DNA of 64,000 bases from Monocercomonoides exilis PA203. Its lineage: Eukaryota > Protista > Preaxostyla. How positions within the stretch are numbered: the stretch's first letter is position 1; every line of letters starts with the position of its first letter. The stretch is from contig LSRY02000006.1 of NCBI GenBank assembly GCA_001643675.2, forward strand, positions 124,001 through 188,000, written 5' to 3'. The notes under the pieces are model-generated. The model was not told the origin of the DNA. It worked only from the letters and a program-made list of their open reading frames with translations, and made no database searches. The translations under genes and the position numbers were made by a program. This document shows positions 26,087-39,044 of this stretch, piece by piece.

Positions 26087-26900
26087 GGATGATCCTTTTT
26101 GAAATCACACTGACATCGCATAGAATACCGGACATGATCGATTTCACAATAACTGCAAGAGAAATTATACTGACAATTTTCCTCAAATTTTATCTTATCA
26201 ATGTCAACTCATTTGATATCCAAAACTTTCAAAATTGTTTCATTAGTGTCAGAAAATGTCATTTTTTGAAATTTCGGAGAAATAGGATTTTGAGTTTCTT
26301 AGAGATTTCAATCATTAATTTTGAAATATTTTGTCAATATGGGTGATTCTTTTTGAAAAGTCACAAATGCTAAATTTTCATATAAATTAAAAATAACATA
26401 TTTTGCTCAAAATTATATTAACATACACCAAACTTAACTTAAATGGAATCTATTTCTTGATAATGCTATTTCAAACATTCTTGAGGAGATTTGTGAGCTG
26501 AAACAGAAATTTGAGCAAAATATGAAATTTTTGATATATTTGAAAATTAAACATTTGTGACTTTTCAAAAAGAATCACCCATATGACAATGAAAGTCTGG
26601 AACACTAAATGAGTTGACATTGATAGGATTATTTTTGAGGAAAATTGTCAGAATTATTCCTTTTGCAGTAATTGTGAAATCGATCTTGTCCTGTATTTAT
26701 TTCGATATCTGCACTTTCGTTCGAGTTTTGAACAAAATTTTAATCTCAATGGGATTTTTTTAAAAAAAATGAATTGAAATAGGGAACACTTATTGTATAT
26801 GATATTGCTATTACATAAACAAAATTTGACACAAATCCCATTGAAAACAAAAATTTGATCAAAAATCGAATGAAAAAATGATTTCAAAAAGGATCACCAT
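26087..26900. repeat. Nested palindromic (foldback/MITE-like) structure
   Basis: Three nested inverted pairs: ~26087-26108 with ~26879-26900; 26124-26214 with 26607-26697 (roughly 85% identical); 26337-26411 with 26509-26584 (outer 33 bp perfect). Confidence 0.85.
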
Positions 26901-27188
26901 TTTAATTTCCTTTTTCAAAATTGAGTTTAAGTTTATCTGACCTGACAAGTTTTTTTTGTGTCAGTGACAAATTGACGGACGAGTCAATTTGACGTGTCAT
27001 TTCCAATATTAGATTCAAATACATTTCCCTTTCAATTAAAAAACGACATAGAATGTTTAATGAAATACATACAAAAATTTACTGAATTGGAAAATTTTAT
27101 GACAAATTTTGATCATATTTGTCACAAAGTGCCTGTTGCGGAAATATAATTGATATAAGAATTTTAATCAACTTTCTTTTTCTCTTCA

Positions 27189-30016
27189 ATGGCTGATGAT
27201 CGTTCGTTGTTAATAAAAGAACTTCCTTATGGTCTACAAAAATCATTAGAGGAAATTTCAATCGTGTGCAATAATTGTATTCATGGAACTCTTCACATTA
27301 TTTTTATTTTTTTTATTATATCGAGAAAAGTGCATTTGAAAAGAAAAAGGACGAGTTGGGAAAAGCGAATTGTGGCTTTGTTCGATTGGAATAGGCCTCA
27401 ACAGATGATGGCGCTCAATGTTTGAATGATTCGTTTTTGTGAAAAAATAATTTAGAGTTATCATTTCTTTAATCGAAAAAAAAGTCTCATTGCCACAGGC
27501 TTCAAGCATCCAAACAGACCAGAAGAAATTATGTCCCAATTACATTTTCAAATTTTCAAAGGTATCTTATGGATTTGCTATTACAAAGTGAAATCGGATT
27601 TTAAAACAAAAGTTGATGGAAACAGAATGTTTTTGTGTCCCAACGAAAAGAAGTGACATTCCTGCGGATGTTCAAAGAGAGACAGTTCTGCTGCTGTAAA
27701 ACAACATAAATGCACATTGTTGTCTCCCACTCAGGATTTTTGGATGACAAAAAAGCAAAATGTTACACAACCAACAGTATCAGCAATTGGCGTAGGTAAT
27801 AAATTAATTAAAGATATTGTGCCATTGACGGATTTATTTTTAAATTTTGTTTCCAGATGTAACATATCGTTTTTATCAGCTGCGTCGTCCGAATTTAACA
27901 CATTTGTAAAGCATTTGATTCAAATAGCCCAGACAAATCCAACTGCAGAGCCCACAGAAATATTTCCATATTTATCAAAGTGGAAAATAAAAAGACTTAT
28001 CAGCGAAAAGAAGGTTGCAGCAATTCGTCAAAGATTAAAATTTATAAAAGACTAATGCGTTTCTCTCATGATCGATGGAGGGATAATTGCAAATAAAAAG
28101 TGCACCATAATTTCATATGTAATTCATGCAGAAAAATCAACTCCCGGATTTTGGAGCCTTCAACCAGCATGTTATTCTTCTGATGATTACAAAAATCTTG
28201 CTGAAATGTGCATTTCGGAGATTGCAAAATGCGGAGGTGAAGTCAGAAGCATTTGCAGTGATGATTTGGCAGCTCAAAAAAAGCATTTCAAGATTTATCA
28301 CACGATTCTGATAGAGAAATCGATTTATTGAATTTTTATGTCAAACCTTTTCATATTTATTGTTTTAATCATTTGATCAACTTAACAATCACACATTGTT
28401 TTCAAGAAGTCCCATTTCTAAAATCAATCAAGGATAATATTATTGAGTTCTCAAAATTATCAAGGAGCTCATCTATGCAACAGATGTTACCTACAAAATG
28501 CCCAACATTCACACTTACGAGATGGTTGTGCTTGACAGATATTTGCTTGTTCATAAGGAAAAACAGAGAAATTATATTGGAATCGAAGCTAATGGACAGC
28601 CAGAGTATTATTAATGCAATTAAAGCGGAAATTTTGTTATTCCCTTTAAAAAAGTTGCATTTATTTTATGAAGATGACAACAGCAAGCTTGGAAAAGTTT
28701 TTCCAAAAATTTTTGAGGCAATGTCATATTTCAAAAACTTATTAAACTCAAGCCCATTTCGTTCCGATCATTGGCATAATGCAATTGAAAACGCTTGGAT
28801 ATATGTGTTCAACTACACTTTGGAAGGCGAAAGATGGGATCCAATTGCTCTCGCTTATGCATTAATACCAGAAGGAAAAAACAAACTTATCAGCGATGAC
28901 TTTTGTTGTATGTTTTTTAATTCAGAAAACAAAGAAAAAAGACAGTTTGCACAAACGTTCAAACATTTTAATAATTGTTTATTTCATTTTTTTCTATATT
29001 TTAATGTTTGATAAATTTTTTTGCAATTATTTTCTAGATCGAGCATCATCGTCGTCAGTTCCCTCATCATCACAGAAAAAAGAAACATCTGTTGGCAGGA
29101 GCTTTTCAGAAGAAATAGAATCAACCGATTTTCCTGTATCTGTGAGCAGATTTCAAAAGGCATTATCAACGATTTTGAGAAAGGAATCATCAACCGAGCA
29201 TGTCCATCCGAGTTCGAACAAGCAACAAATTGAGGAAGAACAAGATTCTGTGATATCATCATCGACGCATATCTAGAAAGAAATTGAAGATCTACCATTA
29301 ATTGTTTCACAATTTGAAAAGAAAGAAATTTCTTTATCACTTGAACAAGAAGGTATTTTTCCAGACAATGAAAATGAAGCAGATTATCTTGGACTCACAG
29401 AGGCAGAGGAGCAATCAGGAAATGACGAATATGAAGAAATCGTAAATGACGAAGCTTCAACACTTGTTGAAACAAGATCTTCACTAATTTTTTCTCAAGA
29501 AACACTCAATGACAAATCGGATTATCATGCAATAGACAACTTTTACAAAGATGTTTTCCATGAAGATGAAGATGATGTGATTTTTGTAGGGACAAAAAAA
29601 GACTTCAAGTTATTCACGAAATTTCAAAGGAGAAGGAGAATCAAGCAGTAAATTCAATGAAGATATCAATTGCATCAAATTGGTATAACAAAATATTTAA
29701 ATCATTTAATACATTTTTCAAAAATTCAATAGAGCAGTTAACGGAGGAAACACAAGAAAAATTTGCATCGTTATTTAAAACTCACATTCTTTCCGCAACT
29801 TCAATTGGTTTACTCGAGAGTTTACCGGTATATTATTGTCATATTGCATCACAGGGTGGAATGGAAACGATTTTTGCCAACATTAGTTTTTGCATTGCAA
29901 CAGCTCCTTGCAGTGAATCTCCATGCGAACGACTTTTTTCAAGATTAAAGCGAATTGTCGGAGATCATCGACATTCTCTTTCATTAGATTCTCTCAATTC
30001 ATTGCTTCTATTATGA
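27189..30016 (+). pseudogene. hAT transposase, inactivated
   Basis: 'LMIDGG' (first D), 'ICSDD' (second D), 'CFNH' (CxxH), 'TRW', and 'APCSESPCERLFSRLKRIVGDHRHSL' (catalytic E, hAT C-terminal motif). In-frame TAA at 28053-28055, frame change near 28290-28330, further disruptions. Confidence 0.9.
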
Positions 30017-30397
30017 ACATGATCGATTTCTTATTTGTTTGTTATTCGAACAATTATCCTTTTTTATTTTTTACTAACTTCAACTGTTAAGCAGTATTTA
30101 AATTTAATTTCAATAATGTTGAAAAACATTCAATAGAATCACTCGAGCTATTTTTATTAATAAATGTTTTTAATCAAACAAAACAAGTTCATTCATTCGT
30201 TTATAAATGATGTGAATACAACACGAGAAGAAATACAATAATTCTGTAATTTGCATTTGTTTTCTTTGAAAGACAGTGTGATTGAAATATTTTACAAAAT
30301 AGCAAATGCAGTTTATTTGTTGAATAGCAAAAAAATTAAGCAATAAACGTAACTGAAAAAAAAGAAAAAAGCAAAGTGGTTGTATTCCACCTATATT

Positions 30398-31400
30398 GGA
30401 TATCGTGGAGGAAGAGTTTGAGGTTGCTTTGATGAGGATAAATGATGTGGCTCCTTCGCCTGAAGAATTTACGTAAGTTGTGTTGGAGGATCGAGAATAT
30501 GCGAGTGAGGTTGGAGATTAAAGAAAAGAAGAATAGTTAAGTGTTGAAGATGACGTGAAAGAAAACTCTCCAACGGCGCACAGAGATTTGTGGAAAGATT
30601 CAAGGAGAACGAAATGAAGTTGGAAGAGGAAGTGGCATCGTTTGTGAAGGAGGAGCTTTGACTAATAAGGCTTAGGAACGAAAAGGAAGGGACAGAAGTG
30701 GAGAAAGCAGGTAGTTCACTGCAATCCGCAGAACATACTTTTCAAAACGCTTCGTTAACAGATGACATTTATCAAGAGATCGTTAGAGCGTTCTTAAAGG
30801 GCGGCTACAGCAGCAGATAAGCCTTTGTGAATAACTGTTGATGAAATCGCAGGAGTTGGAAAATATGAGAAGCATTTGAAAATGCAAATAAATAATCTTC
30901 ATTAATCATGGATCAAGGAAGAGAGAACAGAGATGAGGAGAAAAACTTCAATTTCAAAAAGAACATACGGACTGAAGTGTCATGGAATGATCATGAAAAA
31001 GAAGAGGAAGTGTTAATCGAAAAGAAAGAAAGGGAAGAGGAAGAAAAAGATAATCAAGAGAATGGAAAATGAGCTTCCATTATTGAGAAAGAAGAAGAAG
31101 GTGTTCACGAAAAGGCAGAATCTAAGAGCGACTGGTTTTGTATTTGTGGGGGCGGTGAGAAATAATCTGTAAATTGCGTATTCTTCTCTGATAAGATGCA
31201 GGAGACATTTCTCAGTTCCTTCGATTTATTTGGAGCTGTTGCATTGACGAAGACACTCGAAGGAAAAAAACAAGAAAGGAAGGAGTGATTAAGTGAGTGT
31301 AATGGATTTGTCTGGTGAAGATGGAAACAAAACAAAGAGAAAAGTTGGGAAGAAGATTTTGTGGGAGAAGAAAAAGAAGAAGATGCATGTGTTGTTGTTA
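30398..31400 (+). pseudogene. Decayed Glu-rich coding fragment inside the hAT element, origin unknown
   Basis: Reads 'DIVEEEFEVALMRINDVAPSPEEFT*VVLEDREYASEVGD*RKEE*LSVEDD'; coding-like composition with scattered stops. Confidence 0.45.
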
Positions 31401-31789
31401 TATAATTAGAATTAGTTCCTTGTTGGTGTGTGTTTTAGAGAGATGATGTGGAAAGTTTTGTGATGAGAATCAATAACAAGAAAGTCAACGAAGAAAGGTT
31501 GAAACAAAGAATATGACGAAAATGTAAAAGATGATATTGAAAAAATGAAAAAGAGAAGCCCACGGAAAAATTGAAAAGGGTGATTTTGCTTTTTATAAAT
31601 AAAAATATATGAGTGTTTGGATCTGCTTTGTGATTGGAACGGGAAGAAAAAAAGAAAGAAGTCAATAAAAAAGGAGATGGTTAAAGAAAAGAAGGAGAAG
31701 GAGGAGATTTTGGAGAAGTGCAAATCGAGAATACAATTGAATCCGTGAATTAATTAATTGATCTCGTGAAGTGTCAATGTTTTAACAAT

Positions 31790-32600
31790 TTTTCGATCAA
31801 CAGGCTTGTGGGTGTCTTTTGAACGCCTGATTCATTCGTCCCAGCAAAGTGATGGCTGATGAATAATAACATGTTTGCTCTGCTTGACAATGTCCCACTC
31901 TTCGCAGCTTTCTCCGCAACTCCAGACATTTCTCCTCCCATTCTGCTTGCATCTCCTCCAACTTTTTCAGAAACCATTGTTTTGTCTGAAATCTTTTCCA
32001 ATTTTTTGAATGATTGTCACGACCTTTCCTTTTGGTAATTCTCGATGATATCTGAACCTTGCCAACCTCATCACAAAGTTGATTGGATGTCAGTTTCTGC
32101 TTTGTTCTCTTCCTTTCCTTTTTTAAAGTGCTGCTCAGGCAGTCTCGGAAACGCTATTGCTTCATGGATGCATAGTTTGCACTTCTATATTTGCTCCTCT
32201 CTCAGATAGGCATATTCAGTGCGAGTGAAAAGATGAGTAATTGGGTACGTTTGCAGTTGAAAAGAGTCTGATGAAGGAGAAGAAGCAAATGGAATGATTG
32301 TTGATTTGGAAGAAGATGAAGAAGAAGGAGAGAAGGCACTTGGTGAAGAAAGCACAAACAATTCGATGAGAACAAAATAAGTTAGCTCCTTACCATAAGC
32401 AAATAGAAAATCTTTATAATTGTTTTTTTCCAACTTCTCGACTTGAATCAGCACCTCGTTGATTGTTAGCCAATAATCTTTGTATGTGCTGGAAAAGGAC
32501 TCAAATTCCGGAGTATTTCTGACAGTCCTTCCCTTTTTCATCACAATGAAATGAAGCGAGAGCTCATCCATAAGTCCCACACATTATTATTGTCGAACAG
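31790..32600 (-). pseudogene. IQCH-like host gene fragment inside the hAT element
   Basis: 'LMDELSLHFIVMKKGRTVRNTPEFESFSSTYKDYWLTINEVLIQVEKL' resembles, from recall, the conserved pre-IQ block of IQ-domain protein H. Flanked by stops and truncated. Confidence 0.55.
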
Positions 32601-34413
32601 ATTCTGCTATTGCTCGAGATGATTTTTTTCGACATTATAAGCATTAACAAAATTTCAGAAAACCCCATTTTTTTGCTTCGAATCAATGCAAATTTTCATT
32701 CTCAGCGAAATTAACCGATGCTTCAAAAACATGAAAGTCATTTATCAACGAAGAAGACAATCTCTTTGTTCTCTCATCTGTCATTTCCAAGTTTTCTGAT
32801 TGTTGATGTGTGTTTTTAACTTATGTTGATAATTTTCTAGTTTGCCACATATGGATTCATTTTCTTTTTCATTGTTTTTCTTCCATTTTTACTGTTTCTC
32901 TTGATTGATAAAAATTTGAAGGGACTCCTCGATGAAATTGAGTAAATATTTCACCAAAAATTTCGATATCATAAATTAGAACCAGAGCTTCAACAAAAGA
33001 AATCTATAAATATTACGGTATAATTATTGACGTTAATTTTTTTTAAACATGATATAATATGAAAGTTCTCAAACTTTCAATGTACCTTCAAACTGGAAAG
33101 AATAAATAAAAAAGTCTTTGATTGAAAAGAATCAAACATTTTCATATTTTCTTTCACTCAGCGAAATTATTTCTTTGTAATAACAAATTTGTGCACAAGG
33201 ATAGAATCCAAAGTGAAATTTAATAATCACTTTAACATGAGAAATAAATCATTAAACAAACAAATGATTTACCAAATTATTTCTGCTTGATTATATTAGC
33301 GTTAGGTACGACAAAGAAACTTTGATAAATGTATTTATTCTGCTCACAGAATGTTGTTACAACACAAAAAAATTAATTTAATTAAAAGAAAGGGGAACAG
33401 CAAATTAGAAATAGTCATTCAGCAAATGTTAACAACTCGATAACAGTAATACTGATTTTGAAGTTTTTTGCAGCTTGATTGTTTAATCCTGCCACTTGAA
33501 TCGAAAAAATGCTAAAACTTCATTAATTCTAAAAACTGACAAAATGCTTCAAAAATAAGTTAGCAACAACACTGAAATTTAAGAAAGCATTGATCGCTAA
33601 CATTTTGGAATGTTTTTGAAGAACAGAAGAGCGGATGGAATTGTTTGAAATAAAAAAGGATTTTATTTTGGTCAATTTTTTTGAAAAAATTAATTGTTGT
33701 CAAATTTCGACAAACAAACAAAAACACTCAAAAACAAAGTCGGAACAAAAAAATCATTTATTTTGAATTATTATAATTATCATTTTTTTTATTAGTGACG
33801 GACGAGGCAAAAATTGATTTGTCAGGTCAGACAGGCTTAATTGAGTTTGTCTTTTTTTGGAAAATGGAATTATTTTTTGTGAACAAAATTTGAATAATGA
33901 ATGTATTATTGTTTTTGAAATCATTTCTTCTGTATGCAGATTTTTCAAATGTTGTTTGTCATGAAGAAGATATTTCGGATTAAAATGCCATATTCAACAC
34001 AGTTGTTTCAAAAACAAATGTTTTTGCTATTTTAAAGATAAAGATGTTTAATGCACACCTTTAAACTTTTTGGACTTCATTTATTAAACGTCAAGGGTTA
34101 TTTTGGAACCGAAAATTTTGAAAGAAATAATATTATTTAAAAAAAACCACCCATGTAATCACATTTTTGTTTCATTAAAGAAGATTTTTTGTTTTTCCTG
34201 TGTGAAGAATTGGTAAAAAATTTTCAAGTTTGTCAGCAATATTCAAGATTTTTTTCCCGATTAAAATTTGTCCCAGTTTATTTTGACTTTGAATGTGACT
34301 TTAATTTTTTCAGAGATAAAACAAAAATATATCGAAAGCATGAATTGAAAAGGAATGTGTTCGGATTCTGAAGGATTTGCTTCATTTCCATCTTGCTAGA
34401 GAAAAAATTTTTA

Positions 34414-34661
34414 ATATGTCTAAATTTTTTTGAAAAGTTCCTTTTGTTTAATTTTCAAATAAAATAAAAATTTCATTTTTCGATCAAATTTCTGTTCCCA
34501 CTCACGAAACTACTCAATAACAATAATAATAATATTGTCAAGATCTTATATTCATGACAGAGAAATTTGGTGAGTGGGAACAGAAATTTGATCGAAAAAT
34601 GAAATTTTCATTTTATTTGAAAATTAAACAAAAGGAACTTTTCAAAAAAATTTTGACATAT
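34414..34661. repeat. 248-bp near-perfect hairpin element (92-bp arms, 64-bp spacer)
   Basis: 34414-34505 is the reverse complement of 34570-34661 with about 2 mismatches. Confidence 0.95.
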
Positions 34662-34921
34662 GGGCGATTATTTTTGAAATCATAACTTTTTTCGGGATGT
34701 TAATTATTTTGAAGATTCATTATCATTTGCCAAATAATCATCTTTTGAAATAAAGTTGTTTTTCAATCGTTTCAAAAGCTAATAGTTGATGAAAAAGAAA
34801 GACATAGATGTTTTTGATTGTAGTCATCACTTTTCTGTGTCCATCAATAACATTTTTTAAACACAATTAAGAAACCGTAATATTTGAAACAAAAAAATTG
34901 ATTTCAAAAACAATCACCCAC
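34660..34921. repeat. Abutting MITE-like unit of the same terminal-repeat family
   Basis: Begins ATGGGCGATTATTTTTGAAATCA and ends TGATTTCAAAAACAATCACCCAC; shares the CATATG junction with the previous hairpin. Confidence 0.7.
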
Positions 34922-35480
34922 ATTTGAAATTTTCATTCTGCTAAGATTTTTAACTTTTTTCATACAAACAAATTTGTATTTTGTTGATAAGTTTCACTCA
35001 AAATAATGATGAATTGATGAAAAGAAAAGAAAAAAAATTTTTTTTTCTTAAATTTTGAACAAACAAAAATCAATGCGAACGATCTTAAATATATAAATAA
35101 ATATATTACACACTTTTGTTTCGTAAATATCTGCTATTTTGAAGAAAAGAAAAAAAGTAAAGATCAAAAAAAAATTCATAGAGTTAAAGAATTGTAATCT
35201 CTATAAAGAACAGTAACTTTCGAGAAAAAGAAAGTTGAATTAAAATTTGTACAAAAGAAAATGTCAGTTTCACACATAAAAGAGAAAAATTGATTGTTCT
35301 TCAAAAGTAAAAAAAAGTTTTTTTACAGTTCAGCGCTCGTAAACATTGCATGCTCCGAAAAAGTCAAGAAATTTATCAGTGAAAACATTATAATAAATAA
35401 AGAACCTGTCCGATTTCATAAAATTTCCAAATTAAAAAATCAATTATGAAAAAAAAAATAGTGTTACTCTCAAATAAGAC

Positions 35481-38400
35481 TTAAAAAAATAAACGATCAA
35501 GTTCATAAAAGTGACCATATCTCTCCCAGTATGAACAATCAGATCGCAATCGTTCAATATAATCATTAACTCCAAGCATAGGTCCATGAAGTAAAAACTC
35601 TAACATTATTAACGTGTTCGGTTTTTGACTAATTTTTCTTGAGTTAGTCGGTATTGTTCCATTCCTCGACCAAAATGGATCAATTTTGTCGCTTTGAGGG
35701 AATGATTCAATAAGTTCATATATTCCTGATTCTTCCAAGGCATCTTCCAATCTTCTGCAAAGCAGAGTTCCCGAATCATCTTTCTTCTTCACTTCTTCTG
35801 TATCACCAGACAAATCCACATCATCAAACATCGCAATACTGCTTGGTAACAAACTTTTGAAAAATTCATTTGGAACACATTCTTCTTTTTCCAATACAGA
35901 TATTCCTCTCCAGGTTTCAATCAGAGAATTCTTAGAATAAACGGGATGTTTTGGAGGCTTGCTTTTAAAATTTCTGATTTTTTTGTTAGCTGTTTTCAAC
36001 AATTCGAGACGATGTTTTCTGGATGGAAGTGTGTGGATAATGCAAGCTTCTCTGATGCGTAGAATGCCGTTCCCAAGCAAATCTGGAGCACAATGCACCT
36101 GCTCTGCCATCCAGTCCATCAAGCTGGATATGTAGCCCATCTCAAATGCATATGGCAGCTCTTTCACAATGTTCAGCAGCACGGCCACAACAACAATAGA
36201 AATCATAAAATGCACAGACTCTAAATAACAAGAAGGAATAGTATTCCATAAAGGATATCTGAGTACAAATGGAGCTTGAATCGGGAAGCGAACCATTAGC
36301 TTAGACATAAGAAATCCAAACAACGGGCGAAGTACAATTTCGTTCGAGTTTTTCTTTTCCGAAGCGATTGCAGACAAAATACAAATCAGATTGTGGTTTA
36401 GGCGATAGGCAGAAAATGAATAATGATAGATTTGTTCCATCTGTCTTAAATGTTCTATTTGAGATTCAACTGATTCACGAGTAATACATCCAAAAATGTT
36501 GTTAAAAACTAATCGGACATTATCTACCATTTCTTTCATTACATTCGAGATGTCACTTTGTGCTAATTCGTAGTCACTTTCAGTTGAATAATCTCTAAAC
36601 GTTGGATCAAAGGCTGTTAAATCAAGAATTTTAAGCAATGATCCAAAGCCCTTTTTTAATTTCTCATCTCCTTCTTTCAGATTCCCTGAACATTCTGTTG
36701 ACAAATTCAGCTGCAATTTTTCTCTAATGTTTGTTTCGATCATTTCTTTCTCGACCAAAGGCAGATCAGCCATTATATTCTCCTCAATGCTCGGCAAACA
36801 GGTGAGCATTATGGATTCAGACATAACCGCAAACAAACATTCAATACAGCAGCCTGCCAAAATGCAAAAGCTTTTCGAAGGAAAACTGAAAATAAACAAT
36901 GATAAATGCATTTTTCAGAGTAATTTCAAAAAACAAAAGTTATTTTAATCGTTTTATTTTCTACTTTCTAAAATCTGCTAAGCAAACTTCATCAGACGAT
37001 TCAAGCGTTCCAGCAATATTATTGTAACATCGTCGGGCAATGTGTGCTTATTAAAGCTTTTCCTTTTTTCATCTATGAAAAATGAATGCACATACACAAA
37101 AAAAGATGAAAATGAATTGAATAAAATTAGAATCCAAAAAAAAAAAAAAAAAGAATAAATGTCTATTTCATTTCATATTATTGTATCCATCACAATTAAC
37201 ACAAACAAAAAAAAAAGAAAAGAAAAAAGAAAAATAACTTTTTTGCCAAGGAAATCATACATATATCTATTAAGCAACTGTTTGTTGTCAAAAGCGTTTC
37301 TTGAATCTGTTTCATGTTTTTGGTAACATAACATGCCTCAAAAGGGCAAGCGCAATTATTGTCAAATTTCATATTCTCTTCAGCACAAGTATCATCTTTA
37401 TTGCAGTCACTCAACTTTTCTTGCGCATCTTTTTCAATTTTTGCAGTTTCTTCGAGCGCTTTCTTTTTCTGAGCAAGATATTCATCTTCTGCCCCCTCAG
37501 GCAATTCCAGCCCTTCAGCAAGAACGGACAACAGCTTCCAAGGAAGAGGAAGGAAATTATCTCTCTCGTCTAAATAGAAAAACACACGAATAGCCTCAAG
37601 ACGTATTGAAAGAGGGAGCACAACTTTGTCCTCCTTTGCGGATGTCTCAGAGCTGACACCTTCAGTCGCCACTGGAATTTGTTGTATTGACCCATCCGGA
37701 CCATCTCCTTCAATTGGCTTTGATTCAGGATCTTGAATAGAACTTATAAGTTGCTGTTCCGTTTGTTTTCGTTTAGAATCAATCGAAGCTTTTTCTTTTT
37801 CAGTCGAATGCAAAGCTTCAGGCTTCTTTATTATCTGAGTCTTTGAAGAAGATTCCTCAGCCTGATTACTGTTGCCTTCTGTATTTAATAATTCTGCAAA
37901 ACGATCATCTTCGCTATACTCATCTATTTCTCCGATTTTATAAAGACTTTGTGAATATTTATCGAAAGAGACATTTCTTTTCAACATTCCAATCGCAATT
38001 TGAAAAAGGATAAATCTTAACTCGTGTGTTGGAATGCTCCACATTCCATAGCTTCTATAATCGTATGTTAAATTCTTGACCAATGCCGCATAATACAAAA
38101 CAGCGTAAAGAGCAAAATGTAAACCCACACATGAATTACATTTGATCAAAGTTGCTTTAATTCCATCAAAAAATCCCTGTTTACCCATCTCATTAAATTC
38201 ATCTTTTTCTGCAATTCTGACAAAATAGAAAAGCACTTTCGCCAAAGCGGATATAGTATCATCACTTATAGAGGCCCAAATTTGCTTCACAATTCCAGGA
38301 ATTAACTTTCCTTCCCTAATCATAAAATGAAACAAAGGCGACGAAGAATACTGCGAAACTCTTATAGATTTTTTTAATGAATTCTCACTTCGAGAGTGCA

Positions 38401-39044
38401 CTCTTTCTCTACAATCTATTTTGATCGGCTTTTCTATTGAAGCGCAAAAGCCTTCTGAAAATGATTCTGGATTCAAAACAATCTCCAAAATCGAGCCAAA
38501 GTTAAATGCCATTCCTTCGCTATTTGTGGAATTTAAAACAACACCTGCAGCTCTCATTAACGAACCCAATGTGCCTGCTGGAACCTCTTCCATTTTTCCT
38601 TTGAATTTCATTAATAGATTTCAAATATCTTTCGCGATATCAAGTAAATTTTTTGGAATTATTGACTTTGGACTATAAAAAAGCATTTATTTTACGAATA
38701 TAAACTAATTAATACAAACGTTAAACTTCCAACCAATTTATTCAATTTGGTTATCACTGTGGAAAAAATGTTTTCAAAAAAAATTCAATACAACACATAA
38801 AATAAAATATAAAACATCAAACATTGTTTCGTTTCTTCATTGTTTGTATTGTTCTAATGTATACACAATGCAGCAATTAACCACCAAGGATTAAAAACGA
38901 AAAATATTTATTTCCGTTTTGAAAGCATTGCAAGAAAAGTTATCCAAATAAACATTTTAAAAGAACTTATATAAAAAATGGACAAATTCAAACTGTTAAA
39001 GCTTTGTCTTCATCTTTCTTGGTTTTTTTGTTTACACTTACCAT
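35481..39044 (-). CDS. Hypothetical large alpha-helical (ARM/HEAT-like) protein, multi-exon; 5' end uncertain
   Basis: Two long minus-strand ORFs (471 and 476 aa) bounded by intron-like T-rich tracts, with small coding-like segments between and upstream. No family motif recognised. Confidence 0.6.

Larger units (their letters stand above)
26928..33839 (+). mobile_element. hAT-superfamily DNA transposon, 6,912 bp, with decayed transposase and captured cargo
   Basis: Left TIR TAAGTTTATCTGACCTGACAA at 26928-26948. Right TIR at 33819-33839 (reverse complement TAAGCCTGTCTGACCTGACAA), 18/21 identical. Perfect 8-bp TSD ATTGAGTT at 26920-26927 and 33840-33847. Shared subterminal TGACGGACGAG near 26973 and 33796. 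Confidence 0.92.
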
